The translations under genes and the position numbers were made by a program. From Rebecca billardiae RCC1528 (taxonomy: Eukaryota > Protista > Haptophyta): DNA of 64,000 nt. The stretch lies in contig OZ251244.1 of assembly GCA_965240325.2 (NCBI GenBank), positions 1,302,001 through 1,366,000 on the forward strand. The letters are read 5' to 3'. Positions 10,917 to 22,084 of the stretch are shown in pieces (the first letter of the stretch is position 1; the number at the start of each line of letters is the position of its first letter). The notes below the pieces were generated by a model that made no database searches, was not told the DNA's origin, and saw only the letters and a list, made by a program, of their open reading frames with translations.

Positions 10917-11727
10917 GCGGCGGCAAGCCGCCCGCACCCATCGGCGGCGGCATGCCGCCGCCGCTGTTGACCGCAGGAACTGGCGCGCCCGCGGCGAGGG
11001 CGGCTGCGAGCGCCGGATCGGGCTGCGTGGGCGTGCCGCGCGCGATGCCCCTCGTGAGGCGCGCGCCGACGGGCGGCGGCGCGCCGTTCTCGCCGAGCAG
11101 CCCGGCCGTCGCCGACGGCAGCGCCGCCGCGCTCCGCCCGCGCTTGTGCCCAGTCAGCGACGGCGCGCTCGGCGCGGGGCCGGCCGCGGCCGGCGCGACC
11201 GCCGCGGCGCTCGGCGCGCCCGAGCTGCCCGACGGCTCGGTGCCCGGCGACTCGTCGCCGGGCGGCGTCGTGTCGCTCACAGGTAGCCGGTTGGCGTCCA
11301 TTTGCTGCAGCCACTGCGCGTGGTACCGCTTCGCGTGCTTGCGCACGCCGTCGTTCGAGGCTGCGCGCGCGCAGGCGGAGAGGGCGCGCGGGCGGGCGGG
11401 CGGGCGCGCGCGCGGAGAGGGCGGCGAGCGCGCGGGGATGAGCGGAGGCGCGCCAAGGCTGCGTGTGGGGCATCCGCGCGCCACGGGTAACCCGCCGCGC
11501 GCCGCGCTCGGCACTGGCGGCGTGGTGCGCGGCGGCGCGGCGCGCGCGCGCCCGCCCGGCACCGCCGCACGCGCGCGCGCACCGTAGGACTTTCCACAGC
11601 CGGGGAACTTGCACCACACGCGCGTGGGCACCTCCTCGCCGATGTTGAGATCAGTCGGCTGTACGAGCGAGAGCGCATCGGACTCGCCGATGCCGATTGC
11701 ACTCACGCCACCCGCTGTGTCGAGCAT
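9706..11727 (-). CDS. C2H2 zinc-finger protein (YASNDGVRKH type), one intron at 11361-11582
   Basis: Splicing the 222-nt GT...AG intron restores CKFPGCGKSYASNDGVRKHAKRYH, followed by a long Ala/Pro/Met-rich tail. Confidence 0.85.
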
Positions 11728-12794
11728 GCTGCGCGGCGCGGCGCGGGCAATCGGGGTCCGCTCCGGACACGTCAGCCACGCGCGCCGGCGAGGCTCGACG
11801 GGGGGCGGGCGCGGCGGGCGAGGCTGCAGGCGATCTAGCTCGTGGGGACTGCGCACACCTGGGCGTATGCTTCGTGCCGTGGCTGCCGGGCGTGCGTGCG
11901 CGCGCCCTTGTGCGAGGATTGCGTGGGGCTCCAGACGGGCTACCCGCTGGCACCAGTTGTACCTGTGACGGCTCCAACCAAGGTGAGCGGCCCACAACTC
12001 TACCATAGCTAGTAGCCATCGGGCATCGCAACCACTCTGCATTTTTTGACGACGCTCAGCGCAACCCGTGATTGGGTGGACCGCTCCTGACCACCCGGTC
12101 GTAATCACCCCTCGTATCCTTCTCATCATCGGCTGCTTTGAAGATCCCTCGCATCTTGAACATCCGGCAGTCTGATATCTACGACACGACCAATAAGGGC
12201 AATACTCATCGGGGAGCACGTGGGCCAGTCAGAACTCAGAAGTCACCGAAGCAAATTGCGTTACCCGCGAATCCAACGACCCACATATGTGCTCGGGTGC
12301 AAAGCGAGCGGAAAAAGGTGCGAACTCGAAGATTTGCAGTTGTCGTGGTTCTCCACGGAGCGGGGCGGGTAAATGATATAGCAGTTCCTGTTAACTCGAT
12401 ACCGCTGCTGTTAGAGGTTTGATGAGATGGGGTTAGGGAGAAGGAGAAGGTCATTAGCAATGGTATCTTGCATCGTGCTCGCGCCTACCGCAGGGTAATT
12501 TTCGCCGTATGTGAAGCGCCATAAAACGCGCGTCCCCCAACCAACGGCTTATAAAAAGCAGTCATCGATGAGAAATCATGAATCATCCCCGGTGGGGTTC
12601 TCGGACTGTAGATTCCCGGACTCGAACCAAAGTTTGGACAGCCTTCCGGACTTCTCTCGAAGCTGCGCGGCGACTTCGGAGAAGGTTCGCAGCTCGCTCT
12701 TTCGGGCTCTGCCCGGCCTTCCTGGACATTTCCGAAGGGTGTGTTGTGTGGGCCCTGCTCCTCAACTGCTTGACAGGGCAAGCCCGCAGGAGAG

Positions 12795-14105
12795 ATGCCG
12801 ACGAACGCGACGAAGCGAGGGCGCAAGGGCGCCCACGGGGCGTCGGCGCGCGGCGAGGTGAACGACGCGCCCGTCCGCGACGGACCCATCGTGTACTGCC
12901 TGCGCTGCGGCAAGCCGTACGCGAGCAACGACGGCGTGCGCAAGCACAGCAAGCGGTACCACCCCAACTGGATGGCGGCGTGCGATGCTAACAACATCCC
13001 CGTGTCGGGCTCCGAGCCGCCCGAGCTGAGCGCGGAGCAGACTGCCACCGCCGACACGGCCAGCGCCGCGAAGCGGCCGCGCACCGACGACCCGGCCGGC
13101 GCGGCGGGCGAGAACGCACCGCCGGCGCAGCACGCGGCCGCGCGATCGGTCGTGCCGGAGGTGGTGCAGCTGCCGCGCCCCGAGCGGCCGGTCGCCGTGC
13201 CCAGCATGATCGACCCGAACGCCACCGTCTCCTCTGACTTCTGGATGCCCGCGAGCGCGCCGCTCCCGCCCATCAAGCGCGGCGCGAGCCTGCTGGATGA
13301 TGCGGCGCTCCACGCGCCTGCGGGCTCGGCGCCGCAGCCGGCGTACGACGACGCGGCGCGCGCGCTGAGCGGGCTGTTCCGAATCCCGTCGGTCGGCGGG
13401 TCGCGCGATGGCGAGGCCGCGCGCTCGCGCTCGCTCTCGCGCTCGCAGCTGCTCGGCGCGCTCGGCGGCGGCAGCAGCGCGCTGCCGCCGCCGCACCCGC
13501 CCGCGGCCGTGACGGGCGCGACGGCCGCGCCGCCGCTCCCACCGCAGCTGCCCCCGCACGCGCCGGCGCCGCCGACGGTGCCGCCGACGAGCGTGCTCAC
13601 GGCCGCGCGCGCGCAGCAGCACCAGCCGCAGCACCCACCGTCGCCAGCGCAGCCGCAGGCGCAGCAGCCCGTGCGCGCCCACCGACCGCCGCAGCCGCAG
13701 CCGCAGCCGCAGCCGCAGCCGCAGCCGCAGCCGCAGCCGCCGCAGCAGCCGCCGCAGCAGCAGCCGACCGTAAGCAGCACGTCCGTCCCAGGGATCGTGC
13801 CGACGGACTCGCTGATGAACTCGCTGTGGCTCACGCCGTCCGACGTGGCGATCTTCGACACCGTGCTGAGCAACGGCGTTAAGACGCCGGCGCCCGGCGC
13901 GGGCAAGCCCGCCGGAGCCGTCGGCGGGCACCGGCAGCCGAGCAGTGGGAGCGGCGGCGTGCTCTCCGACCAGCTCGTGCTCGACAACTCGGGCGCGGAC
14001 GCGGTGGCGGGCCGGCTGGCGGCGGCGGAGTCGCCGACGGCGGCGGCGGCAGCGGCGGCGGCGGCGAAGCGCTCGCTGTCCGGTTCGCTCCTCATCGCGC
14101 AGTGA
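12795..14105 (+). CDS. C2H2 zinc-finger protein (YASNDGVRKH type), intronless paralog
   Basis: CLRCGKPYASNDGVRKHSKRYH, a basic NLS-like KRGRK, and a (QP)n region. Confidence 0.85.
   Translation: MPTNATKRGRKGAHGASARGEVNDAPVRDGPIVYCLRCGKPYASNDGVRKHSKRYHPNWMAACDANNIPVSGSEPPELSAEQTATADTASAAKRPRTDDPAGAAGENAPPAQHAAARSVVPEVVQLPRPERPVAVPSMIDPNATVSSDFWMPASAPLPPIKRGASLLDDAALHAPAGSAPQPAYDDAARALSGLFRIPSVGGSRDGEAARSRSLSRSQLLGALGGGSSALPPPHPPAAVTGATAAPPLPPQLPPHAPAPPTVPPTSVLTAARAQQHQPQHPPSPAQPQAQQPVRAHRPPQPQPQPQPQPQPQPQPPQQPPQQQPTVSSTSVPGIVPTDSLMNSLWLTPSDVAIFDTVLSNGVKTPAPGAGKPAGAVGGHRQPSSGSGGVLSDQLVLDNSGADAVAGRLAAAESPTAAAAAAAAAKRSLSGSLLIAQ
13688..13765 (+). repeat. (CAGCCG)n coding microsatellite encoding poly-QP
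   Basis: Direct reading of the sequence. Confidence 0.9.
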
Positions 14106-14700
14106 CCGCACCACGCCGTGCGGCGGCCATGATGGCGTCTAAGTGACTGGCCGCACGGATCCCGCCGATTATCCCGCGGGCCGCGTCCGCGCCGCGCGAC
14201 GGGCGCCGCGCCAGCCGAGTCACCGCCTAATTACTACCGCAACACTTTAGTTTTCAGTCGCAGTCTGGCGCCCGCGGGCCGACTGCATAGTGACGACAGG
14301 CCGGTCGGTCTGCCACCCCGACCGTCAGGCGTCACACTCAGTCCGTAAGTCGCCGCTGCGTTCCGAGCCCGCCGCACAGACTTTACTGCCCGCCATCACC
14401 CGCGGTACCGTGTGACACTACCCGGAGTACTGCTCATGCTGCGCACCCATGTCTCATGACTCTCATGTTGAATGTCGTCGTCGTCATCAGCAGCTCATCA
14501 GTCATCACTCATCAACCACCCCCCCTTTCATTCCTTTGCATCAACCGTCCTTGATAGCAGATTTACCCGCAAGAAGGCGCCTGTTTTCTCCTCACGCGCT
14601 CGCTTTCTGCCTTTCTCCCGTTCCACAAGGCGAGGCGGCAAAGGCGACCGACTCCTCGCGGATAGAGCTCGCGTCCGCTTTTGGCGCCTGGTCAGGATCC

Positions 14701-15978
14701 ATGCCGACGGCCTCGGCCGCGCGCGCGCGGCGGCGCGGGGCGTGGGCCACGCGTGCCGCGCGGTGGCTCGCCCTCGTCAGCCTCGCGCGCCCCGCCCGCG
14801 CGCAAGAGTGCCACTTCCACTACTCCGCGCGCCTCGAGCAGTCGTTCACCTGCTTCACGAACGCGTGCTTCAACGGCACGGCCGCGCGCGCGCCGCGCGG
14901 GCGGAATCGGTGCGAGAACGGCGGCGCGTGCTGCCTCGAGCACGCTTTCGAGCAGTGCGCCAGCGACGGTGGCTGCTCCGGCTTCAGCATGCCCTTCTAC
15001 GGCACCACGCCCTTCATCCACGGCTCGATGAAGCGAGTGCAATTCATCTCGGGCTGCCCGAGGCTGCTCGGGCGCGAGGCGTGCGCGAAGGCGATGGGCG
15101 CGCCCACGCTGGCGGGGTTCGCCGCGTGCTACCTCAAGAGCCGCTGCGAGCCGCCCGCCGTGCCCAGCGGCACGGGCGACTTCCCCGCGTGCTTTGGCAA
15201 CGTGCCGGACAGCTGCGAGTACGATGACTGGCGGGCGGCCGGACTCGTGATGGGGCAGAGTCCGGAGGCGACGCGGCTGGGCTCGGAGCAGGCGATGACG
15301 GTGGCGCTGGGGAACGGCTCGAGCGCCGAGCTCTTCCTCGACGGCTGCTTCGAGGAGGCCCGCGACCACAGCATCACCAGCACGCTGCAGACGCACGTCG
15401 CAGGCCGACACACGGTTGGCTCGTGCGCGCGCGCGTGCCCGGAGCACCGGATCGTGGTGCTGGAGAACAACGGCGGGTGCCACTGCGGCGACTCGATGCT
15501 CACGCCCGTCGGCGCGCGCCGCGAGAACTCGCGCTGCGGGCCGGGCTGCCGCGGCGAGACGCTCCGCGCGCCAGACGGCTCGACGCTTCCGTGCGGCCGG
15601 CGCCAGTTCGCCGCCGTCTACTCGATGAACTTTCCGGAAGTTTCCTCGAAGCCGGAGGCTGGCGGCGCGGACGGCGGCGGCGGCGGCGGTAGGCCCGCGC
15701 CGCGGCGCTCGGCGCGCCGCGGCCGCGCGGCGCGGCGCCAGAGCAGCCTCCGCGCGGACGACCCGGCCGGCCCGGCGCGCGCACGCGCCCCACTCGCCGG
15801 CGAGGCGGCGGGACAGCTGCTGGCCGCGCGCGCGGCGGGCGTGCTCGGGCTGGCGCTGGTGCCGCTGGCGGCGCTGCTGCTCGGCGCGGCCGTGCGCGGG
15901 CGCGGCGCGGCGCGGGCGCGCTCGGCGGGGCCGCGCGAGCCCGGCGCGGCTGTGCGCGCCACTCCTGCCATGCTGTGA
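14701..15978 (+). CDS. Secreted/membrane Cys-rich protein with WSC domain
   Basis: Signal-like WLALVSLA, then GCFEE...TVGSCARAC...ENNGGCHCG...C...C...PCG...AAVY (WSC pattern), then a C-terminal hydrophobic helix. Confidence 0.75.
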   Translation: MPTASAARARRRGAWATRAARWLALVSLARPARAQECHFHYSARLEQSFTCFTNACFNGTAARAPRGRNRCENGGACCLEHAFEQCASDGGCSGFSMPFYGTTPFIHGSMKRVQFISGCPRLLGREACAKAMGAPTLAGFAACYLKSRCEPPAVPSGTGDFPACFGNVPDSCEYDDWRAAGLVMGQSPEATRLGSEQAMTVALGNGSSAELFLDGCFEEARDHSITSTLQTHVAGRHTVGSCARACPEHRIVVLENNGGCHCGDSMLTPVGARRENSRCGPGCRGETLRAPDGSTLPCGRRQFAAVYSMNFPEVSSKPEAGGADGGGGGGRPAPRRSARRGRAARRQSSLRADDPAGPARARAPLAGEAAGQLLAARAAGVLGLALVPLAALLLGAAVRGRGAARARSAGPREPGAAVRATPAML

Positions 15979-16536
15979 GCACGCGCACGCGCGCGGCGCG
16001 CGCGCCGGGCCCTTGGCAGCTGGCCGCTGCGCGCGACGCCAGCGGCTGCCGCCTGCCGCGGGCGGCCACGGCAGCCATGCTGCTTCCGGATGCCGCCGGC
16101 GTGAGCGTTGACGAGTCGCCGTCCGATCGCACTCCTGCTTCCGAGCGGAGGGTGCTCCTACGTGGCGTCGAGCCATCGGCATGCGCATGCTCACTGACAA
16201 CTTGACGCGGTTACGGCCGTTACGCGCTCGAGCGCGCGAGCCGCCGCGAGCTCGCGCAGCGCGGCCCGCCGAGCGCACACGGGCAGTCACCGAGTTCGCG
16301 ACTGCTCGGTGCTGACCGCGGTGCCGCGAGGCGACTAGCCTTGGACTATTGAGTAAGACTGATGATGACCACCCGTCGTACTGCCACCTCGGCCTTCCGG
16401 CCGGAGCCGCATGCAATCAATCAGTGCAGCGTTGTGCCGCGTTGCCGGTGGAGCTCGACGGCCAAGCCGGACAGCAAGGCGGCAGCGCGCCAGCGCCAGC
16501 CGCCACAGCGCCACTCGGTCGGCCTTCAGCACGAGG

Positions 16537-18039
16537 ATGACGACCACACGGCGCTCGACGGCGGCGGCGCTGATGACGGAGCTGCCTGCCGAGGTCATCG
16601 AGCGCATCATGCTCGCACTCGATCTGCCGCGTGACCTCGCCGCCGCGAACGCCGCCTCGCGCCTCTTCCGCGGCGCGCCCGGTGGCCGCTCGCCGATCGA
16701 GCACGCGCTGCGCGAGCGCGCTCGCGCGCGTGGGCACGAGCGCGCGCTGCCCAGCGCGCTGCCAGCGGGCGTGCGCACGTGGTCCGAGGAGCTGTTCGCG
16801 CGCGAGGACGTGCTCATGCTGGCGCAGGCGCACGCGCTGCCCGTGGCTGCTGGTGGGTTTGTCATCATGCGCTCGCTGCTGAGCGCGTTTGTGGACGCAG
16901 AGGGCGGGCTGCACACATGCGGCGAGGCGGAGGTGTGGGACGAGGACACCGGGCAGCCGACGGGCGAGTATCGAGCGCACGTGGCCATCGGCCACGCGGG
17001 CGTGCAGCCGGTACGCGTGCCGACGCATGTCGCCTCCCACAGCACCGTGCGCGTGGTCGCGGTCGCTGCCGGCCTTGGGCACGTGCTCGCGCTGAGCGAC
17101 GCCGGCGCCGTGTACAGCTGCGGCGGCAACACGTTCGGCCAGCTGGGGCTGGGGGACGCGGCGACGCGGAGCACATTCACGCAGATGGATGCGCTTGCGA
17201 GCGAACTCATCGTGGGGATCTCTGCATGGGCAGTGCACGGCCTCGCCATTACCGCTGCTGGGCGTGCGTACAGCTGGGGCGACAACTGCTTTGGCCAGCT
17301 CGGCCACGGCGACACGAAGAAGCGGCGGGAGCCGACGCGCATCGAGGCGCTGGACGGCGTGCGCGTGGGCGGCGTGGATGCAAGCAGAGCGCATACGCTG
17401 TTTCTATCTGCGCACGGCGCCGTCTACTCGTGCGGCAGCGGCGCTTTCGGTCAGCTCGGGCACGGCGACCAGCAGAACCAGCACACGCCGACGCGCATCG
17501 AGGCGCTCGCGGGCGTGCGCGCTGTGCACGTGAGCGCGGGCTACTCGCACAGCCTGGTGGTGGACGCAGCGGGCGGCGTGCACTCCTTCGGGGCCGCGTC
17601 CAAAGGCGCACTTGGCCATGAAGACAGCGGGCGCCTCTCGCTGCCCGCGCGCGTGGAGGCACTCGCGGGCGTGCGCGCCGTGCGTGCCTGCGCTGGCTGC
17701 GACAGCAGCGCGGTGCTGGGCGCGGACGGCAGCGTGCACACGTTCGGGAACAACCGCTACTGCCAGCTGGGGCACCAGGGCGATGGCCGCATCATGCTGC
17801 CGACGCGCGTGCACTCGCTTGCGAACGTGCGCGTGGTCAGCTGCTCGATTGGCGTCGGCCACGCGCTCTACGCCGCCGCTGATGGCAGCGTGCACTCGTG
17901 CGGCCAGCGCTCGGCCGCGCTCGGCCACGGTGTGAGCATGGCAGCAAATCACGACGGCGGCGAGGCTGACGCCTGGCGGACGCCCACGCGCGTCGCACAG
18001 CTCCCACGCGTCGCCGCACTGCGGGCGCCGTCGCAGTGA
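16537..18039 (+). CDS. F-box-like + RCC1-repeat protein, copy 1
   Basis: N-terminal LPAEVIERIMLALDLPRDLAAANAASRLF (F-box-like) and about 7 RCC1 repeats (VxAGxxH...G.VYSxGxNxxGQLGHG). Confidence 0.9.
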   Translation: MTTTRRSTAAALMTELPAEVIERIMLALDLPRDLAAANAASRLFRGAPGGRSPIEHALRERARARGHERALPSALPAGVRTWSEELFAREDVLMLAQAHALPVAAGGFVIMRSLLSAFVDAEGGLHTCGEAEVWDEDTGQPTGEYRAHVAIGHAGVQPVRVPTHVASHSTVRVVAVAAGLGHVLALSDAGAVYSCGGNTFGQLGLGDAATRSTFTQMDALASELIVGISAWAVHGLAITAAGRAYSWGDNCFGQLGHGDTKKRREPTRIEALDGVRVGGVDASRAHTLFLSAHGAVYSCGSGAFGQLGHGDQQNQHTPTRIEALAGVRAVHVSAGYSHSLVVDAAGGVHSFGAASKGALGHEDSGRLSLPARVEALAGVRAVRACAGCDSSAVLGADGSVHTFGNNRYCQLGHQGDGRIMLPTRVHSLANVRVVSCSIGVGHALYAAADGSVHSCGQRSAALGHGVSMAANHDGGEADAWRTPTRVAQLPRVAALRAPSQ

Positions 18040-18509
18040 GCTGCGCATCAGGGCGCACACGCCTCTGCGTTGCCGCAGTGGTGCGGCGCCAGGGCAGGCT
18101 GACGGCATGTCCCGGACTCCGTGCCACATGGTATTGGTCATGGACATGCGGCCAGCGCACCGTGTCAATGCGACCGAGACCGGAGACGCGGGCGGCCCTC
18201 GGCCTCACTCAGCCTCGGCAGCGGACGCCGCGCCGCCGGCGCAGAGCGGCGGCGGAGATGCGGGCTCTGGACGAACGGCGGCCCTGCGGCCGGCCTCCGT
18301 CGGCGCCCGACGGCCGATTACCCTGGATGGGCCTTGGCTGTGTACTTAGTTGTAGCTGACCTGCTGACTACAGACTAGCTTACTGTGACTGTGACTGTGA
18401 GTGTGAGCGTCAATCTCAGATCGTCAAAGGCAAACTGTCGCCGATCTCCGGCCAACCGCCATCCACTGCGCCTCACGGCGCCACTTGGCTCGGCTTGCTC
18501 AGCGCGAGG

Positions 18510-20009
18510 ATGACGACGACGCGGCGCTCGACGGCGGCGGCGCCGATTGCGGAGCTGCCTGCCGAGGTCATCGAGCGCATCATGCTCGCGCTCGATCTGA
18601 CGCGTGACCTCGCTGCCGCCAACGCTGCCTCGCGCCTCTTCCGCGGCGCGCCCGGGGGCCGCTCGCCGGTCGAGCACGCGCTGCGCGAGCGCGCTCGCGC
18701 GCGTGGGCACGCTCGCGCGCTGCCCAGCGCGCTGCCAGCGGGCGTGCGCACGTGGTCCGAGGAGCTGTTCGCGCGTGAGGGTGTGCTCAGGCTGGCGCAG
18801 GTGCACGCGCTGCCCGTGGCTGCCGGTGGACGGGCCTTCGGGAGCTCGTCACTGCTGAGCGCGTTTGTGGACGCAGAGGGCGGGCTGCACACATGCGGCG
18901 AGGATGCGGTGTTTGACGAGGACACCGGGCAGCCGACGGGCGAGTATCGAGCGCACGTGGCCATCGGCCACGCGGGCGTGCAGCCGGTAAGCGTGCCGAC
19001 GCACGTCGCCTCCCTCAGCGCCGTGCGCGTGGTCGCGGTCGCCGCCGGCTTTGGGCACGTGCTCGCGCTGAGCGACGCTGGCGCCGTGTACGGCTGCGGC
19101 GGCAACACGTTCGGCCAGCTGGGGCTGGGGGACGTGGCGACGCGGGGCACATTCACGCAGATGGATGCGCTTGCGAGCGAACTCATCGTGGGGATCTCTG
19201 CGCGGTCAGTGCACGGCCTCGCCATCACCGCTGCGGGGCGCGCGTACAGCTGGGGCGACAACTGCTTTGGCCAGCTCGGCCACGGCGACACGAAGACGCG
19301 GCTGGAGCCGACGCGCATCGAGGCGCTGGACGGCGTGCGCGTGGGTGGCGTGGGTGCAGGTGGTGATCACACACTGTTCCTATCTGCGCACGGTGCCGTC
19401 TACTCGTGCGGCAGGGGCTTGCATGGCCAGCTCGGCCACGGCGACCAGCAGGCTCAGCACACGCCAAGGCGCATCGAGGCGCTCGCGGGCGTGCGCGCTG
19501 TGCACGTGAGCGCGGGCGGCGCGCACAGCCTGGTTGTGGACGCTGCGGGCGGCGTGTACTCGTTCGGAGGCGGTCGCCTAGGTCATGGTGACGACGACCT
19601 TCTCTCGCTGCCCGCGCGGGTGGAGACCCTCGCGGGCGTGCGCATCGTGCGCGCCAGCGCTTGCCTCAGCAGCAGCGCGGTGCTGGGCGCGGACGGCAGC
19701 GTGCACACGTTTGGGGACAACAGCAACGGCCAGCTGGGGCACGAGGGCGATGGCCGCCGTATGCTGCCGACGCGAGTGCACTTCCTTGCGACGAACGTGC
19801 GCGTGCTCAGCTGCTCGATTGGCCACCGCCACGCGCTCTACGTCGCTGCTGATGGCAGTGTGCACTCGTGCGGCCAGCGCTCGGCCGCGCTCGGCCACGG
19901 TGTGAGCATGGCAGCAAATCACGACGGCGGCGAGGCTGACCTGCTGCGGACGCCCACGCGCATCGCACAGCTCCCACGCGTCGCCGCACTGCGGGCGCCA
20001 TCGCATTGA
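18510..20009 (+). CDS. F-box-like + RCC1-repeat protein, copy 2 (tandem paralog)
   Basis: Same architecture as copy 1 and highly similar to it in DNA sequence. Confidence 0.9.
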   Translation: MTTTRRSTAAAPIAELPAEVIERIMLALDLTRDLAAANAASRLFRGAPGGRSPVEHALRERARARGHARALPSALPAGVRTWSEELFAREGVLRLAQVHALPVAAGGRAFGSSSLLSAFVDAEGGLHTCGEDAVFDEDTGQPTGEYRAHVAIGHAGVQPVSVPTHVASLSAVRVVAVAAGFGHVLALSDAGAVYGCGGNTFGQLGLGDVATRGTFTQMDALASELIVGISARSVHGLAITAAGRAYSWGDNCFGQLGHGDTKTRLEPTRIEALDGVRVGGVGAGGDHTLFLSAHGAVYSCGRGLHGQLGHGDQQAQHTPRRIEALAGVRAVHVSAGGAHSLVVDAAGGVYSFGGGRLGHGDDDLLSLPARVETLAGVRIVRASACLSSSAVLGADGSVHTFGDNSNGQLGHEGDGRRMLPTRVHFLATNVRVLSCSIGHRHALYVAADGSVHSCGQRSAALGHGVSMAANHDGGEADLLRTPTRIAQLPRVAALRAPSH

Positions 20010-20298
20010 GCTGCCCCTCAGCTGTCACAACCGAATGCGATGCGCGGCGCGCAGCGGGGCATTGCACTTCAGCTCGCCTGCCCAACCTATCTCGCCGACT
20101 CTGCGCTCGCGGGATCGTCCACACGCACGGGAGCGCGGCGCCGTCGCCCGCTCGCCCGAGACGCGCGCGGCAGCCGCGACAGTGAAAGCGCGCGCGCTGG
20201 AACTAAATGCAAAGCGGAAATAATAAAAAGCGCGCCGATTTTCTCGATCCACCCCAGTGCGGCTGGGTGCCGTACGTGTCCCGCCTGGCGGCCTGGTG

Positions 20299-21185
20299 GC
20301 TTGTCCCCTACACCCCTGGCTCGGGGGACGGCTGCCGTGGCGGCGGTGGGTGCGTGCTCGCCGAGCGTCCTAGCGGTCGATTGCGGGGCGTTCCGTGGCG
20401 GCACGCTGGGCTGGGCGGGCCCCAAGACGTAGGGGAACGTCGACAAAGCAGCCCGCTGATGTCTCTCGTCGCTCGTCGCCCTTGCGGTTGGCGCGCGCAA
20501 CCACTTGCGGGCTTGACCTTGTCACTTGTGCGAGCGGTCCCTTCCTGCCAGCCGACTCGACATTTGGGGAGCCTGGGCGCGATGAGATGGCTCGGGGAGG
20601 TGGGGGTATGTATACGCAATGTATACGTACACGCGCGCTGGACGTCCGACCCCGCACGCCGCCTGAAAGAGGTCACGTTTGGCACGCGCCGCGCTCTCGC
20701 ATTTCAAACGTGTTGTGCCGCACGACATTTCCAGAGGCACAGATCACTGATTGAACTGCTTTTCTGGTCGCCGATAGCACAGAAAAGCCTACCCGACTAG
20801 CCCCATGCGTCACGGCCGGGTCTTGAGTGCTACGGCACCACTTGTAGGAGCTTCTTGCCCGCTAGGCACTGCCACAAGCGCCGCGAGCCAGCTTCGTGAG
20901 CATTTGAACGCAGACACAAGGTGCCGAGGCAGTCTTCCGGGCGAGGCAATGGCATGGGAGTCAGCGCCTGGTGTTGTACAAGCAAAGTGACGGCGCGCAC
21001 ACGCGCGACTACGTGCCACAAGGTCTGCGATACCCGCGGGCCGCCACGCTCGCGCGCCCGTCGCTCCTCCAGCCGCCGCTTGGCGACGCAGCCCGGACTC
21101 ACCGCGGCACTGGTCGTCGCCGCCCGGACAATGAGGGGGGGGGGGGGGACCTCGTTGACGAAACCCAGGGGTTTAGGAGACAAGC
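20299..21185. mobile_element. MITE-like TIR element B (887 bp)
   Basis: 21-bp TIRs GCTTGTC(C/T)CCTA(C/A)ACCCCTGG at 20299-20319 and 21165-21185 (2 mismatches). Flanked by TGGTG at 20294-20298 and 21186-21190; an alternative reading is a 7-bp CTGGTGG. Confidence 0.7.
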
Positions 21186-22084
21186 TGGTGGGCAGCCAGA
21201 GGGAGCACGGCCGAACTCGGACTCGTGTGAAGGTCCCTCCCACTGGGACCTTCACACGTCTCGAGGGACCTTCACACGTTCGACGAGTGAAGGTCCCTCC
21301 GCTGGCGCCGCCCGTTGGCGCTGGATGGGATGGCCGCGTGCGTGCGCGAGCGCCCGCCTCGCGTCGCGCGCCCCGCGCGCAGAGCGCGCGCTCGGCCGCG
21401 CGCGACGCGGCGGAGTCGAGGCTGACATGCCCCTGGCCCACTTCGCGCCGCGCAACGCCGCCCACGCCCATCGCCGCTCGCACGCGCAGGCCTGCCGCGC
21501 ACGGCTTGGGCTTTTCAGCACAGGGCTGGCGGCGGCGCGCCGGGCCGAGGGCTCGGCCGGTGTTGTGCCCCTCGGCCAGGCCGAGACTTGGCGGAGGCGC
21601 GGGTAGTGCCATCGCCTGCCCAGATCCCGGGCCTCGCCGTCAGAGTGTGCACGCGAGGCGCGCTGTCGTGGTCGACAGGTGAGGCGCCGCGTGCTCGCCC
21701 TCGAGCGGGCAGCGGACATACCGGCAGGCGCGCGCGCACACAGCGGGGCTGTCGAGCTGCTTCCGGCTGGGCAGCTCGACGGCGCGTGCCCTGGCCCTGG
21801 TCTGGGAGGCGTGCGCGGGTTCGGAGGCCGGTGAACGCTCGGCGCGGACCCACGTGTCTTGCCGGGCACGGTTGCGCGACAGCTCTGCAGCCAGTCTCGA
21901 GGCTGAGTGGCATCAGAGCGCTTGCCGGCGTGCTGGCGGGCTCAGCCGCCGGGCCGATGCCCACGCCTTGGCCGGGATGCGACCGGCATCCGCGTCCTCC
22001 GCAGCCGCCTGGAGCCGTCGACCCGCTGCCCACGGCCCGCGGCCGGCAGGCCGCTTGGCGGATGGCCAGAGGAGCAGGCGGCCG

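Noticed and set aside
11730-12219. N-terminal extension of the 837-aa zinc-finger ORF
   Set aside because: Lower-GC, non-coding-like composition; the ATG at 11727 is the more plausible start.
16537-20009. RCC1 genes as UVR8 photoreceptors or canonical RanGEF RCC1
   Set aside because: They have no GWRHT tryptophan motifs, and they have an F-box-like N-terminus and variable rather than conserved surface loops.
21225-21300. CRISPR-like or operator array
   Set aside because: These are 11-bp motifs in mixed orientation with 7-11-bp gaps inside a TIR, in a eukaryotic context with no cas genes.
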